A stretch of 64,000 nt of DNA from Heteronotia binoei (taxonomy: Eukaryota): the NCBI RefSeq assembly GCF_032191835.1, contig NC_083223.1, positions 221,154,001-221,218,000 on the forward strand. The letters run 5' to 3'. The position numbers and the translations under genes were made by a program. Positions 12,581-26,704 of this stretch are shown in pieces (the stretch's first letter is position 1; each line of letters starts with the position of its first letter). Below the pieces are notes generated by a model that worked only from the letters and a program-made list of their open reading frames with translations, had not been told where the DNA came from and made no database searches.

Positions 12581-12799
12581 TAGGATTGCTAATCTCCAGG
12601 TGGGGGCCTGGAGGCCTCCCAGAATTATAAATCAACTCCAAACCAAAGAGATAATTTCCCATGGAGAAAATGGCTGCTTCAGAAAATGGCTCTACAACAT
12701 TGTACCCTGCTGAGCTCCCTTACCTTCCCAAATCTTGCCCTCCCCAGGCTCCACCCCCAACATCTCCAGGAATTTCTCCACCCAGACTTGGAAACCCTA
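12581..12799. mobile_element. Short hAT MITE
   Basis: TAGGATTGCTAA...TTGGAAACCCTA; a related copy lies at about 12080-12330. Confidence 0.7.
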
Positions 12800-13081
12800 A
12801 AAGAGAAACACCAAAGTGCTAAAGGTCAAGAGGAAGAAGAGATGACAGGGGTGCTAGAAAGGACAACTAGGAGGGCAGGGAGCTAAAGGATGTGGTAAAA
12901 TAGTGCAGTGGGCTTAAAGGCAGAAACCAGAGGAGAAACAAAGAATAATAATATTAAATAAATATATAAGTTAAGTATTTGGATGGTGCTTTCACTGGAT
13001 CAAAGAATTTCATGTATATTACCTTGCTGTAATTCTTACAATAACCCTCAATCCTGTCAAAGTACTTCTTACATATGGCCT

Positions 13082-13724
13082 CAGGGCTGGCTCGCCCACT
13101 AGGCAAACTAGGCAGTTGCCTAGGGTGTCGGGAGGAGGGGGCACCAAATTCGGCTCCCTCCCCTTTTGGTGCCCACAACAACCACCTAGTTTGTCCTCCT
13201 GCCACCACCTGCCTTCCCTCCCTCCCCGTCGCTGCAATGCAGCCACGCTCAGTCACCCCCCCCCCCTTTCACAGAGGCATGCTGTGCTGAGGCTGGACCC
13301 AACGGCTTCGATGCAACTGGCGTGCCATCTAACACTTTGAAGCCTGCGTGGGAGAAGGCTTCACTCCCCCTCACTTTCAGTTCCAGGAAGGAGAGGGGGA
13401 GAAGCCTTCTCCCACGTGGTCTTCAAAGCATTAGATGGTGCGCTGGCCACATTGAAGCCGGTAGGGACCAGCCTCAGCGCAGCGTGGCTTGACAGACTTC
13501 TGAGGAGGAGGAGGGGGGGCAATGGAGTGCAGCTTCATTGCAGTGATGGGGAGGGAGGAAAGGCAGGTGGTGGTGGCAGCAGGGGGGGAGCCGAGCTGAG
13601 CCTCATGAGCGGCTGGAGTGCAGCATAGCACTACATTGCAGTGCTGTGAGGGCCAGGGGGGCAGCTAAGGGGGCAGCGAACAGGAAGCTTGCCTGGGGCA
13701 CTATGTGCCATCGGGCTGGCACTG
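13082..13724. mobile_element. Non-autonomous hAT (Tip100-like CAGGGCYGGC termini)
   Basis: CAGGGCTGGC...GCTGGCACTG with subterminal GCCTAGGG motifs; flanks only 5/8 similar. Confidence 0.65.
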
Positions 13725-14085
13725 GGTGGCCCACCTATGGTCACTTTGCAAATTCAAGGAATATAAAAGCAAGGGGAATGTAGGACTTCTGCAAAATCTC
13801 AAATGGGGTCTAAGGAACAGGAGGGTGTGACAGACAGAAGGCTGTCCCACCCCTGAAGGGGAAAACAGCCACTCACATATGGCAGTGCTATTCCAGCAGT
13901 CACCTTTGACAAGGGGGATTGAATGTTGGAGGGAAACACAGCAAGAGTTCAGTTCAGATCTGCCTCAGAAAGAGTGCAGAGGGAGTTGAGTTTTCTGCCT
14001 CAGGTAGAGAGCAGTGAGAACTCAGGTCTAGCTCAAGAGGCAAGCAGAGTGAAGGGTAGCTCTGGCAGAGTGGTTTGGCTCTACT

Positions 14086-14169
14086 TAAGAACATAAGAGA
14101 AGCCATGTTGGATCAGGCCAAACGCCCATCCAGTCTAACACTCTGTGTCACACAGTGGCCAAAAAAATT

Positions 14170-14200
<31 letters not shown>

Positions 14201-14596
14201 CACACTGTGGCTAATAGCCACTGATGGACCTCCATATTTTTATCTTACCCCCCTCTTGAAGCTGTCCATGCTTGTAGCCACCATCACCTCCTGTGGCAGT
14301 GAATTACACATGTTAATCACTCTTTGGGTGAAGAAGTACTTCCTTTTATCCGTTTTAACCTGTCTGCTCAGCAATTTCATCGAATGCCCACGAGTTCTTG
14401 TATTGTGAGAAAGGGAGAAAAGAACTTCTTTCTCTACTTTCTCCATCCCATGCATTATCTTGTAAACCTCTATCATGTCACCCCGCAGTCGACATTTCTC
14501 CAAGCTAAAGAGCCCCAAGCGTTTCAACCTTTCTTCATAGGGAAAGTGTTCCAACCCTTTAATCATTCTAGTTGCCCTTTTCTGGACTTTTTCCAA
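14086..14596 (-). mobile_element. 5'-truncated CR1 3' fragment
   Basis: ORF 14240..14656 LEKVQKRATRMIKGLEH... and CR1 tail. Confidence 0.94.
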
Positions 14597-15127
14597 CAGA
14601 GAATAGAGTACCCAGATGTTAGTCCTGTCTCTCGCAATGAGCAGACCTTGTGCCATTTAGTCTGATTCTTCGGAAAGGGCAGGCTGGTGTGGGTGGCCTC
14701 CTGTGTGTTTGGCAGGATCCAGCCTAGTGGCTAATTATTAAAGGACTGTTCAAACCTGGAAGAATTAAATAAATTTGAGACTCCTTTCTAAATTGATGTG
14801 CCTCAGCCACATTTCTCTTTGTCTGTTTGGAGACCTGTGCTGCTGATCTGTTCCTTGAAAACCACTTGTAAATAATCTTTCTTTGTTGTTTTATCATTCC
14901 TGTCTCAATGGCCTTCCAAATTCTGCTTGTGCACCACAAAACTTGCCTCATAGCAGTGAACCCAAAGCCTAGATACTTGCTACTTTTAGAACACCTGGTG
15001 ACTGAGGGGAAAGTTTATAGTTTAAAATACACCTGGCTCCCTCCCAAATCATAGGAGGCTGTGTGGGTCCCCTCAGTAGACAGAAATGGCTGATCACAGA
15101 GGGACCATGCAATATTGGCAGAAAGCA

Positions 15128-15400
15128 AGAAGAAGACTGCAGATTTATACCCTTTTCTCTGAATCAGAGACTCAGAGAGGCTTACAATCTCCTATATCTT
15201 CTCCCCCCACAACAGACACCCTGTGAAGTAGGTGGGGCTGAGTGGGCTCTCACAGCAGCTGCCCTTTCAAGGACAACTCCTGTGATAGCTATGGCTAACG
15301 CAAGGCCATTCCAGCAGCTGCAAGTGGAGGAGTGGAGAATCAAACCCGGTTCTCCCAGATAAGAGTCTGCACACTTATTCACTACACCAAACTGGCTCTC
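15128..15400 (-). mobile_element. tRNA-derived SINE (Squam3-like, CTT tail)
   Basis: Head CAGTTTGGTGTAGTG..., B-box GGTTTGATTC, tail (CTT)n; near-identical copies elsewhere in the window. Confidence 0.88.
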
Positions 15401-16565
15401 TTAGGCAGGCAAGGGGAATTAGAAGGCTGGGGGTTGTGATCCAGGCAGCAGAAGGGGCAACAGGGTTGCTAAATCCAGAATTGGGATACTGACAGGGCTG
15501 TTGGACCCTTTAAGAACAGAGTAGTAAGGAAAGAGTGCCAAGGGGGCTACTAAAATCTCTGCTGCAGTGTAACCTGGCAACTCTAAGGAAGCAGTGAATA
15601 TTGATCTGAACCAAAGAGCCAATTGCTTTGCTAAGCTGGTTTTCAGAAAGCAAATAATTATACCAGATGCATTCATACCATTGGGAGTCGCTATATTCTG
15701 CCTGTCAGACAAGACAGCCAACCACAGAAAAGAGTTCTACAGACTGCAAGACATATAGAAACTGATCTTAAATCAGAGTGTATTTAGATATTTATATCCT
15801 GTTCCCCCACCCCACCCCCACCCCCGTAAGTGGCTTACAAGAGCTTCCGCCCATATTCCATTTATATACCTATTTTCCAAGTGTGGCCCACATCTGCAGA
15901 TAACTAAAGGATTGGGGCCACACTTACACTGATCAGATTTTTCTGCAAACTTGAGGGGGGGGGGGTCAAAAATCTGAAAAGTAAAAAATAAAAATAAAAA
16001 ATCACTGGAGTTTTTAAATTCCCCCCCCCCCCAATTAAATATCATTGAGCAGCTGGAGAGGGGCCCAGTGCTCGCTACGACAGCCTGGAAGCCGCCACCA
16101 GCAGGACTGGCTATGGCTGTGGTGAAGCCTGAGAAGTATTCAAAGCCTGGCTGTGGCAGTAGAGCCTGGGAGCTGCTCCAGTTCCACACATGGAGGTAGG
16201 AGAGGCTGGGAGCTGCCAGCAGGCCTGGCTGTGGCTGCAGTGGAGCCTGAGAGCCCCTCTGAGTCCAGACGCTGCAGTAGCAGAGCCCAGAAGCTGCTCT
16301 AGGCCTAGCTATGGTGGTGGCAGAGCCTGGGAGCCCCTCCAGGCTTGGACCAGCTCCCAGACATCACTGCTGCTGTGGCCGGGCTCCAAGGGAGCTGTGC
16401 CAGATAGCAATGGGGATAGAATCGGATTTTATCTTAATGACCACCACCCTGCAAAGTGGATTAGAATTAGAGAGACTGTGACGAGTCCAAGATGCCCAGT
16501 GAGCTTCCATGACAGACTGAGAATTCAGATCTGGGTCTCCCAGATCATTGTCTGAGACTCTAACG

Positions 16566-17296
16566 TAGGGTTGCCAAGTCCAATTCAAGAAATCTCTGGG
16601 GACTTTGGGGGTGGAGCCAGGCGACTTTGGGGGTGGAGCCAGGAGACACTGGGGTGGAGCTAGGAGCAAGGGTGTGACAAGCATCACTGAACCCCAACGG
16701 GAGTTTTGGTCATCACATTTCAAGGGACGGCACACCTTTTTAAATGTCTTCCTTCCCTCCACCCTCCCCTTCTCTGATTTCACCTCAGAGGCGGAGCGGG
16801 CGGCGCCGCTGTGCGGCTGCCGCCTCTTCTCTGCTTCACCATAACTGCTCCTCCGAGATGGGCTCAGGCTGAGCCCATCTCAGAGCAGCAGCTATGGTGA
16901 AGCGGAGAAGAGGCGGCAGCAGTGCAGCGGTGTCGCCTGCTCCGCTCCGCCTCTGAGGTGAAATCAGAGAAGGGGAGGATGGAGGCAGGCCAGGAGCATG
17001 GCAAGCTGCGAGTCCGGGTCCTAGAAGGACCCAGATTCGCAGCTCACCATGCTCCTGGCCTGCCTCCACCCTCCCCTTCTCTGATTTTACCTCAGAGACG
17101 GAGCGGAGCGGGTGATGCCACTGTGATGCTGCCGCCTCTTCTCCGGTTCACCTTAGCTGCTCCTCCGAGATGGGGAGGCTCGCCACGCTCCTTGGCGCCA
17201 TTTCCCCCCCTCCCCCGCTTCCGTTTTTTTTTAGAGCGGGGGAAGAGGCTGTAAATCCTGGAATTCCCCGCCAGGGCGGGAGGGTTGGGAAGCCTA
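16566..17296. mobile_element. hAT MITE with palindromic GC-rich interior, inserted in an older tRNA-SINE
   Basis: Termini TAGGGTTGCCAA / TAGGCTTCCCAA; perfect TSD CTCTAACG; host SINE continues on both sides (about 16400-16565 and 17297-17325). Confidence 0.9.
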
Positions 17297-18391
17297 CTCT
17301 AACGGCTATACCACACTCTGCTCAGAAATATAACTGCAGGTCATATTCTAAGGTAAGATATTTATCTCAGAAAACTGTCTTATTATAAACTACAGACTGA
17401 CTTGACTTTTAGGATTTATGGACCAGTATAAACTTCATCAGATTATCAACTCTCATACAGTGGGAAGCAGTACAACATGCATGTTGTGGTTAAGCTCCAG
17501 GGTTGGACTGTGGCTTCTCCGACAGGGACATGATTTTGATCACAGTCAAATTTTACTACAGATCATGCTAAGGTTGTAACCATAAATACACTTACCTGGG
17601 AGTAAGTAAATATGCTTAGGACTGGGACACAAACAATAAAAGCCTATCAAGTATCGTGACCAGGCTGTTTCTTACACCGTAAATGTGATTAATACAGATT
17701 TTTTAATAGGAAAAGAAAGGAGACTATGCAGGTGTGTAATCAAATTCAGGACCAACTTAGACTAATAAACTTTTCAGGTAACTAGCTGAATAGTCTAAGA
17801 TCCCCTACAACTGAACAAATAAAGAACTTGGAGGTTACCCAGAATACTGGCAGTTATTCACATGGCCTTCCAGTGCTGCTCTAGGCAAAAGACTTGTCTG
17901 ATCTGTTGCAAAAGATTAAGCATTGACAGACTCACACTTTCCCATGATCTAAATTCCCCACTTGTTTTCACAAGCTAACCCCAAAGAAAGAACAACCATC
18001 TTTCCTTACACTGAAAGTTGTAGGGGATAATACGCAGACTGCCCAGTTACTACTGATGGTGCTCTACTCCACTTTTCCATTGGGATGAACTCTCTCAGGC
18101 TCCATCTTTCCTACAATCTATGCATAGCAGTGTGGGGAAGGCTTATTAAGGCAGTCCGTATTTCCAATATCTCAGTACCATTAGGGGGTTAGGGTTGCCA
18201 ACTCTAGATTGGAAAATACCTGGAGATCTGGGGGGTGGAGCCTTAGGAGGATGGGTTTTTTAGAGGAAAGGAACTTCAATAGGTTATAATGTCACAGAAT
18301 CCACTTTCCAAAGCAGCCATTTTCTCTAGGTGAACTGCTCTCTGTTGCCTCAAGACTTGTAATGGTGCAGGATCTCCAGCTATCTCCTGGA

Positions 18392-18660
18392 GAAGACTGC
18401 AGATTTATATCCTGCCCTTCTCTCTGAATCAGAGACTCAGAGCGGCTTATAATCTCCTATATCTTCTCCCCCCACAACAGACACCCTGTGAGGTGGGTGG
18501 GGCTGAGAGGGCTCTCACAGCAGCTGCCCTTTCAAGAACAACCTCTGCCAGAGCTATGGCTAACCCACGCCATTCCAGCAGCTGTAAGTGGGGGACTGGG
18601 GAATCAAACCCGGTTCTCCCAGATAAGAGTCTGCACACTTAACCACTACACCAAACGGCT
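18392..18660 (-). mobile_element. tRNA-derived SINE (same family)
   Basis: Aligns end to end with 15128-15400. Confidence 0.88.
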
Positions 18661-18680
18661 CCCTTTTGGAGGTTATCAAC

Positions 18681-18874
18681 CAATGATATCTCTAAACTGC
18701 AGAGCCTTGTGAGCAAAAATTCTGCTTTGTGAGCTACTGGCATTAAAGTTGTGAGGTACTGCATAAATTATTGTGCTCTAGGGTCATCCTTCCTGAGCAA
18801 AGACAAAAATGTGTGAGCTGGAGGCTAAAAATCTGTGAGCTAGCTCTCGCTAACTCAGCTTAGAGGGAACACTG
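18681..18874. mobile_element. hAT MITE (CAGTGTTCCCTCTAAG type)
   Basis: CAATGATATCTCTAAACTG / CAGTGTTCCCTCTAAGCTG termini with repeated TGTGAGC. Confidence 0.65.
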
Positions 18875-21332
18875 TTGCCAATCCCAGGTTATGTGAATAC
18901 TTCATATAGGTAATGGCACTAAAACTCCACCACACTTTTCTGGCACTGATGCTATTCGTCACAACTGATTATTTGTGTGGTCTTCCAATTTCTTCTTCAT
19001 TTTTTTCACAGCTAGCCTTCATCTGAGGCCATTCCACAGTATAGTACCTCTGACCTAACTTGGCAGCACAACCTAGAGACTAAAGTCCTGCACTGAGAGA
19101 AGAGGTACTTATTGTCCCATAATCAGGAATACTCATCTATCAGCACAGCATCCAGGTGGAATATTATATCATCTGCACAACATACAATCCCTGACACAGG
19201 GGACTTTGTGAGAGCCCAGGGGCCCTGTTGGGTATGTGCGCTGTACCACACCATCAGTAAAAGGGTGAGGATGCCAGCCAAGGAGGATACTCAACTAGCT
19301 TATTACTGGCAGCACAGAACAGCGGTTGATGGAAAGGTAAGGACTTGAGTGTTGGAAATCTCCTGCCCTTCTAGGCTGGGGAACACAGAGGAATCAGGGC
19401 AGCACCTGCAAATTGCTCTCACAACAGAGAAGGGGACGCTGGAACTCCCCTATACCACAACACCAATTCATTTTTCAGAGTTGTCATTGATTCTCTAAAA
19501 TACAGCTGTGAATCCTAGTAGTTACTGAGAGTTATGGAATATACATCACTCAGGTGAACCACCAAGAAACAGGAACATAGGCATATTTGACAAGCCTGGC
19601 AAGGAAGCTTGCCACTACCATTTATATAGGAACATAACTAATAGGTAATATTCCCCTGTATAGTTTGCACTTTATAGTAGCACTTGGAACTTCTCAAAAG
19701 CTTCACATACATCATAAGTAACTCTTTAGCCTATCCTAAGGAAATTTTGGAAGGCTCTAAGTACCCCCCCCCCCCGCTTTTATTCTCTAAGCAATCTGAA
19801 TGGCAGCTATATTTTGCAAAATGTAACCATTAGAAAGGGACTGAACAGTTGTTTTGACCAACAAGGTGGTCTAACGAAATATGCCAACATACTCAGTCTT
19901 CCCGTAGCTCCAATTTATCATCTAAGCTGATTGTGTACCATGGTAAAAAGAGCTCCCCACCAATAGCCTTTGTACCTGTGTGGCAGGGCAAGAGGCATCT
20001 TGGGAACTCTTCCAGCATTGTATTCAACATTTCAGTCCTAATTGTAATTCTGCTAAACAGCTGAACAAGCATGATGCAGCAAATACCAGACAGCCTCCTC
20101 ACTTCACCTTGTTCTTGTTATTCCATGGGTTACTACAAATTATTTTTTTATTTCTTTTATTTACTAAAATATTATTTGTGGTCCATGGTGGCTGACAATA
20201 ATAGTTAAAACATCCCCAGCTAAAACCAAAGATAAAAATAACAGGCCCCAAATCCCTCTCCCTCTCCCTCTTTCCACTGATGATACTGTTGAGTTTATCA
20301 ATGGGGCAGGATGGAAATACTGAAGTGGTCGAAGCTTAACTACCTTTTGAATTCTAGTTCATCTATAAATTAATCCATTTTGAGCAGCCCTAGTGCTTTC
20401 CTCCCTAAAACTCCAGCTGAACTACCTGAGGGAAGTAGGCATAAGAAGGGCTGATTCTCATACTTTCACTGGGTTCTAAAATTTATCAACAGGGAGTTCC
20501 CTCCTCTTAGGGAAAATAACTCTGAAAATTGTTTGCCAAGCCTTCTGGGTCCTTAGGAAAGTTTTCCACTCAGATTCACTCCGCAGCATTTAGTGATGGG
20601 ATACTAGTTTAGCTGTCTTTAAGGGAGATTAGGCAGATTCACAGAGAATGAATCCTTTAGTCTATGTAGATTGTAGACTAAATGGGTCCTTTGTGTTCAA
20701 AGGCAGAAAATCCTCTTGATACCAGTGCTAGGTGCAGCAGCAGGGGGAAAGCTTTGGCCTCCATGCCCTATTTTGTAGACCTGCCACAGGCATCTGCTTG
20801 GCCTTGAAGCCATGCAAATCTTATTATGTCCTTCCCTAAATGTTTGCAAAAAAACAAAAACACCACATAATTTCTTTGCAAGTATTACAAGTAGTGCTAC
20901 AGTACAGCTCTGCTTGCATACATACTAACATAACATACTGATGGAGAGAGAATAATTTATTTTTCAACAAATTCTATCACTTAACTAAAGCAGCTCAATT
21001 TTCAGTAGTGGCCAGTTAAATTCTTCCCTGTCCACTTCACTCTAAAGGAATTAATGGAGAACCAGCCAAACAATAGAAACTGCAACATCTCTGCTCCAAA
21101 AGCATCATGAGAACCTACATACAAGGTGGAATTTTGTGAAACATTCTTGATGCTGGTGCTGTAACTCTAGTATCAATAATGAACCTCTGGAACCTTTTGC
21201 AAAAGTACATCTGTGTCCTTTGTATAACAGATTTAGAGGGAGGGGTGTCCTGGATGACTTTACTAGACTACACAAATACAACAGATGATAAGTAGCAAAA
21301 TGGATGAACAATGTTTCCATTATACATCTTAC

Positions 21333-21891
21333 CTGTCTCTCAGGACCAGTAGGCTCAGATTCACGTCTCCGCTGTCGGATAGCTGGTGCTGAATGTAAGG
21401 GGGACTGTGCAGGGCTTCCTGGTTGCAGTTCATGTTTGCTGTCAGATACACTCTGACAATGCCCTTCATGTCTGTGGGAACTGTCCTCCTCAGCCACAGG
21501 CTGCATACCCCGGGTTCTCCCATCATGTATTTTTGGCCTGACTGCCACTTCTGGTCCCAAACGCCTCCTTTCATCGCCCTCTTCAATGGGCCTCAGTTCC
21601 TCAGGTTCTTCATCTGTTGTTCCAGATGTGCTTGGTTCAGCACCCGGATGGAAGTCCTTCAGCTCTGTTTCTTTATCAATTATAACCCATTCTTTACTGT
21701 CGAAGTCCTCCTCCTCAGCCAGGGGCACCGATCGAAAAGCATTGCTAAGCGCTTCATGCTCCACAGAAGCAGACACATCCATTCGGCCACTCGCCTGCCT
21801 GTCTACCTGACCAGTGTCAATGGACAGCATCTGTGCTGGCTGGGAAGAACACACAAGCCGAGAAGGAGAGCCAGGCAAATCCACTCGAGAT
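21333..21891 (-). CDS. TTBK1: TTBK1 exon ([11 protein letters not shown]...[22 protein letters not shown]...[13 protein letters not shown]), 559 nt, phase 2/0
   Basis: Acceptor cactttcag|A, donor CAG|gtaaga; lies in ORF 21105..21923; conserved TTBK acidic motif. Confidence 0.96.
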
Positions 21892-23989
21892 CTGAAAGTG
21901 AGAGGAAATGTTTTAGGACTCATAGCCAGCTAGCCTCCCGCTCAAGATTTAAGATTGACCTATTGTTAAAGTCTGATCCCAGTATTCATTTTATAAGCAG
22001 CAAAGGTGAGCTGTTTCTCTCATTTCCTGCCTTTCTTCTCAAGGCATCAACCATGAGGTGAAATCAGCTATTTACCATGTGCTTATGACCCCTAGCTGCT
22101 GGCATATCTTACGTTCCTTTCTTGCTAAGCATTTGTTCTGCATAAGTATTAGCCACCTTTAACCCAGTCTATTTGCCAAAAGGGGGTCAAGCAGTTTCCA
22201 ACAGAATGGTTCCAAGAAATCTCTCCTCAAAACTTTCACTCTTGGTGTAGGAGGATTTTAGCTGCCAGCCTTGAACAAACTTCATGGTGCTTCCAGCCAA
22301 GAAGCTTCAGATGACTAAGTAGGAGAATGCAGGGCATTCTCCATTGAACTAAGACACAGAGATTACTTTTAAATTCCAGGAAACAGTCCTCAAATATGTG
22401 ACATAATAATAAAAGGCCATTTTTACCTAATTAGCCAGTAGTCACAATCAACTCAACTATTCTTCAGGGGAGAGATAAAAGCTCCCATTGCAGTATGTAC
22501 AATTTCTAGGCACTGACTAGCTACGTCTGCTGCCTATCTCATCCTCCCTGTATCTATCCCCCTGCTGGGTTCTAAAATCTTTCTTAGGACAGAACTACAT
22601 ACTGTCAGAAACATGAGTCTGCTGCTGGTAGGAAAATGTACAACCTAATGATGCCAGGATGCAGATGAACTGGATGAATCACAAGTGGGTGGGAGACTCA
22701 AGCAACAACTTCGAGCTTCTGATAACATGCAGTGCCATCCTTTTACTTCTGTTGCTCTCTGTTGACATCAAAAACCCCTAAACACAGCCAGTTTATGGCA
22801 TAGATGCATGTCCATTGTCTTGAAATGCACTTGTCTGCAATATGACACAGTAAGCATGAGCCCATTATCTAGCCACTTGTCAGGAGGAGGAAGCGTGTAA
22901 GTGAAGTTGAGGATCTATTTTGAACATAAATATGGGTCATTTTTAGCACCAGAATGTGCTGCTTGTAAATCCTAAAACAGCTTTCCTCAAAAAAACCAAC
23001 TGCTTGATATTCTGTCCAGACTCTTTATTGGATCAATGGTCAGAAGAGAACTGAGTAGGAAGGCTCACCTCCACACCAAGTTACATGCAGTACTGCAAAA
23101 CTCCCTGGCGATGTGTGCTCTGATTTGTGGGTTAGAGTTCTAGAACTTTCTAGACTCTCCTTTACACTGACATGAAACACAGATGTGGGGGTGCATAGAG
23201 ATCACACAGAGGAAGCCTTGTTAATCTCCGGAGCCACTCCTCCCCACTCTGTTTAAAAGTATCCATTAAAGGAGTTTCATTTGGAACTAGCTGCAATTAT
23301 TTTTTTTTAATTTTCTCCTTTGAAATGGGTGAACAATCTTTACTGACACTTTGAGCTCAGTATGAAGTCACAGCATGGATAATTTCAGTCCAGACTGTTA
23401 GTGCAAATTATGACCAACTGAAAGAACAAGTCTTGCAAAATAAAATGCTACATGGTTTGAAACCACATAGCACTCCCAGCTGTAAGACTTTTTCTTTGTT
23501 CTATGTTGCGTGTTGTCCATGACAAACTGATTTGTTTAATGATTTCTATAAATGTTAAAGACATTTCAGGCTTATGTAATAAAATGAAAACAGTTAAAAT
23601 TAACATTGATTTGCCAGAATGATCTTAACCTAATCATTATTTATTTGTTTACAATATTTATATCCTGCCCCCAGAGCAGGTCACCATAAACTAGAAGCCA
23701 TAAATTGTAATACTGTGATTTTTTTAAAAAACCATTTGTTAACAGTACAGCCCTTAATTTCTCTTATCAATCTCATTATAGTTGCCAAATACAATATTTC
23801 CCTCTAATCTTTATTCATTTCAGTACAAATATATCAAATTCCATTTCAATTATGAACATGTTCTATACTTCCAAATACTACCATGTTCAACATGAAGCTA
23901 CCAATAATATGGTAGACAATGACTTGGCAATATTGCATGCAACAAAAGGAAAGGCAATTTGAATACCAAGTGGGGGGTCTCAGGCAGCA

Positions 23990-24500
23990 TCATTGGTGAA
24001 AATGCAAAAAAACCTACCATTTTTTTCAACCTAACGTGCCCTACATGGGTCCACCTTTGAAACCAGTCCAGAAACTCCAGTTGGTCCAAAGTGCAGCAGG
24101 CAAGCTATATAGGGACTATGTCATCCTAGGGCTGAAGAATCTGTACTGGCTCCCTCTTTCTTTCCTGGTACAATTCAAAGTACTGGTTCTTACCTTTAAG
24201 GCCTTAAATGACTTCGGACCAGGTATTTGAATGACTACCTCCTCCTATATTGTCCTGCCTGCAAGTTAAGATCTGCCTCGCAAGTCCTGATCTCTTTCAT
24301 TTGTGTAGTCTTTTTAGCCTGAGAAATATTTAAGATCCATTTAAAGCTGCTCCATATTTTCTGTTGTTTTATGGCCTGGATATTTTTTTGAATGCTGTCT
24401 TTTATTATGTTCTATGTTTTTATTATATTTTAATTAGTTAGCTGCCTTGGGAAGGTTCTCTTGGAGATGCAGCATAGAAATTTTCTGAATAAATACACAA
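23990..24500 (+). mobile_element. Older L2 LINE 3' fragment
   Basis: KLQLVQSAA, LYWLPL, FKVLVLTFKAL motifs; AATAAA tail. Confidence 0.8.
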
Positions 24501-25013
24501 ATAAAATAAATAGTAGGAGGCTTCCTTCTCCTATTCAGCAATTATATGTCTGTAGTACATTTATATGTCCTCTTGATCTCTGAAATAATCTAACACAGCC
24601 TTGATTTCTAGAACTCTCAATATATGAAAAACTCCAGCAGTCATTAAAGCAGCACACTCCTTAACCACTGATCTTGTAGTTATTTTGACTGGGCAAGAAC
24701 AAATGAATCCAGCACAGCATTTGTAAGCTGACTTAACTAGTTAAGACACATTTGATACGAAACCAATGAAATAGTCTTGAGCATGTGCAAAAATACTGCA
24801 TGTGGCAAACACATGACCAACACAAACATTCTGAGCATCTAAACAAGCACGCAACTGGGATACAAAGAATCCAGCTTGGCTCTTGGAAATGGGAATTATT
24901 TATTTTTCACTTATATACCTAGGACCAAAATTCCACTTACTTTTATTTACATTTCCTTACACCAAGTTTAAACAACAGCAACAACAAAAACAACCTAGAC
25001 CCCAGCAACAAAC

Positions 25014-25189
25014 CTTCTTTCATGCTGATCTGCTTTGCCATCAGCAGTTGAGAGGCGCTCTGACTCAGGGCTGTTCACTCGACGGTACCTCAGGGAACGT
25101 CCTTGCGTGGTCGGGGAGTCTGGTGGGGCTCTGACAGGGGAGCTGGGGCACACACCACTTTTCTGATCTTCTTCTGCTAAACATTGTGT
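25014..25189 (-). CDS. TTBK1: TTBK1 exon ([58 protein letters not shown]), 176 nt, phase 0/2
   Basis: Acceptor cttgcacag|ACA, donor AG|gtttgt; [13 protein letters not shown] and [14 protein letters not shown] are TTBK1 motifs. Confidence 0.94.
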
Positions 25190-26704
25190 CTGTGCAAGAG
25201 AGAGGACACAAAGAAAAAATCATAAATCCAGTCATTGGGTACTCTGCACAATGCAACATAGGCTGCCACCTGGAAGAGCTATTTAATACCCAGTCTCTCA
25301 TTCATCCTTAGTTGAGACTGCACCAGGATGATACAGTCATGATTATACTGTCTTGGTCAGCGTTGTTTAATACAAAGAACCACCACAGTTACAACCCAAC
25401 AGATTATGAAATTGTCAGTGATCACCTGAACAAACCAGGGAATGTTGGGTGGATGCTCCATAATTTGATCCTTATGCAAACACTCAGAATGTACACATGG
25501 GAGAGAAGCGGTGAATGATATCAGAACATACAACCCCTTTTTTCTGCATAACAGAGCCACACAACTAACAGCTGATTGAAACATTATTTTCTCTAGCTTA
25601 GTCTTGCCTGGTCTAATTGTATGAGAACATAGGAAGGTGAATCATGGAAAAAGTGCACAGATTACTTCCATGAAAAGGAAAAGCCACTTGCAGCTCATGT
25701 TTCCAAAAGCATGACATCCTCCAACATTATGCTGCTTGTGCAAATAGGCAAATCAAAAGAAGCCATTTTGTTGTGGAGGAACTTTATTTTCTCTTGAGCC
25801 ACAGTCTCTCTCTTCCCACTTCAAGGAAGAATAACAAGACCTAGAAAATTGGATTTCTGAAAATTCAGGAATCTTTGATTAATACTGCCAAGGAACTTAC
25901 TACTGACAGGCACACACCATTCTGAAATCAACCTATTTCAACATGGAAATTAATTTCCATAGCAGAAAAGCTGCATTTTTTTCATGATGGATGGACATTG
26001 ACACAAGTACCTGCTTGATCATTTGCCATGTATCGGCTTTACTAAGTATGTGCATAAAGCCCAGGAGATATTCATGCACATGAAACTGAACTTTTACTGA
26101 ATCATACTATTGGCCCATCAAGATCAATAAAATCTACTAAGACTAGCAGAAGTGCTCTAGGGTCTTAGGTAGAGGTCTTTCACATTACCTACTGCATTTT
26201 AAGTGGAGATGCCAGGGATTGAACCTTGGACCTTCTGAACAAAAAGCAGCTCTTCCACTGAGCCATAGACCCTCCCCCACACCACAAGCTTTCCAACAAA
26301 GAAAATCTATGTTTTCTAAACTGTAGCAAGCACCATAGTCCTTGCTGGAGGATTCTGAATTACAGCAAAGAACTGGTATAACACACTGCATTTGCAGCAA
26401 TGCAGAATTCATGGACTACCTAACTCTAGACTCCTGATCATGCTTGATGGGTTGCTTGCATGGCAGGAAAGAATAATACTCTACAACATGTTTCAACATC
26501 AAGTTTTGGTGTCCTGAATTTGCCAAAGGCCAAGAGCAAAGGCAGGAAGGATATCTCTTCAATTCCACAATTTGATTACTCTCTTTTTGTTAGAAATGCT
26601 ATGTTATTATTATTGATCATTATTATTAATTGTGAAGACTCTCTCAGGGTTAAAATCAGGAAGAGTGTTGTGAGGGAGGGCAAGGCACATTCCAAGAGAT
26701 TTAC

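Noticed and set aside
19893-20102. Possible extra TTBK1 cassette exon
   Set aside because: No convincing polypyrimidine/AG acceptor or recognisable homology.
21423-22061. 212-aa plus-strand ORF (also 26460-27098, 4117-4388)
   Set aside because: Antisense shadows of TTBK1 coding exons; no independent support.
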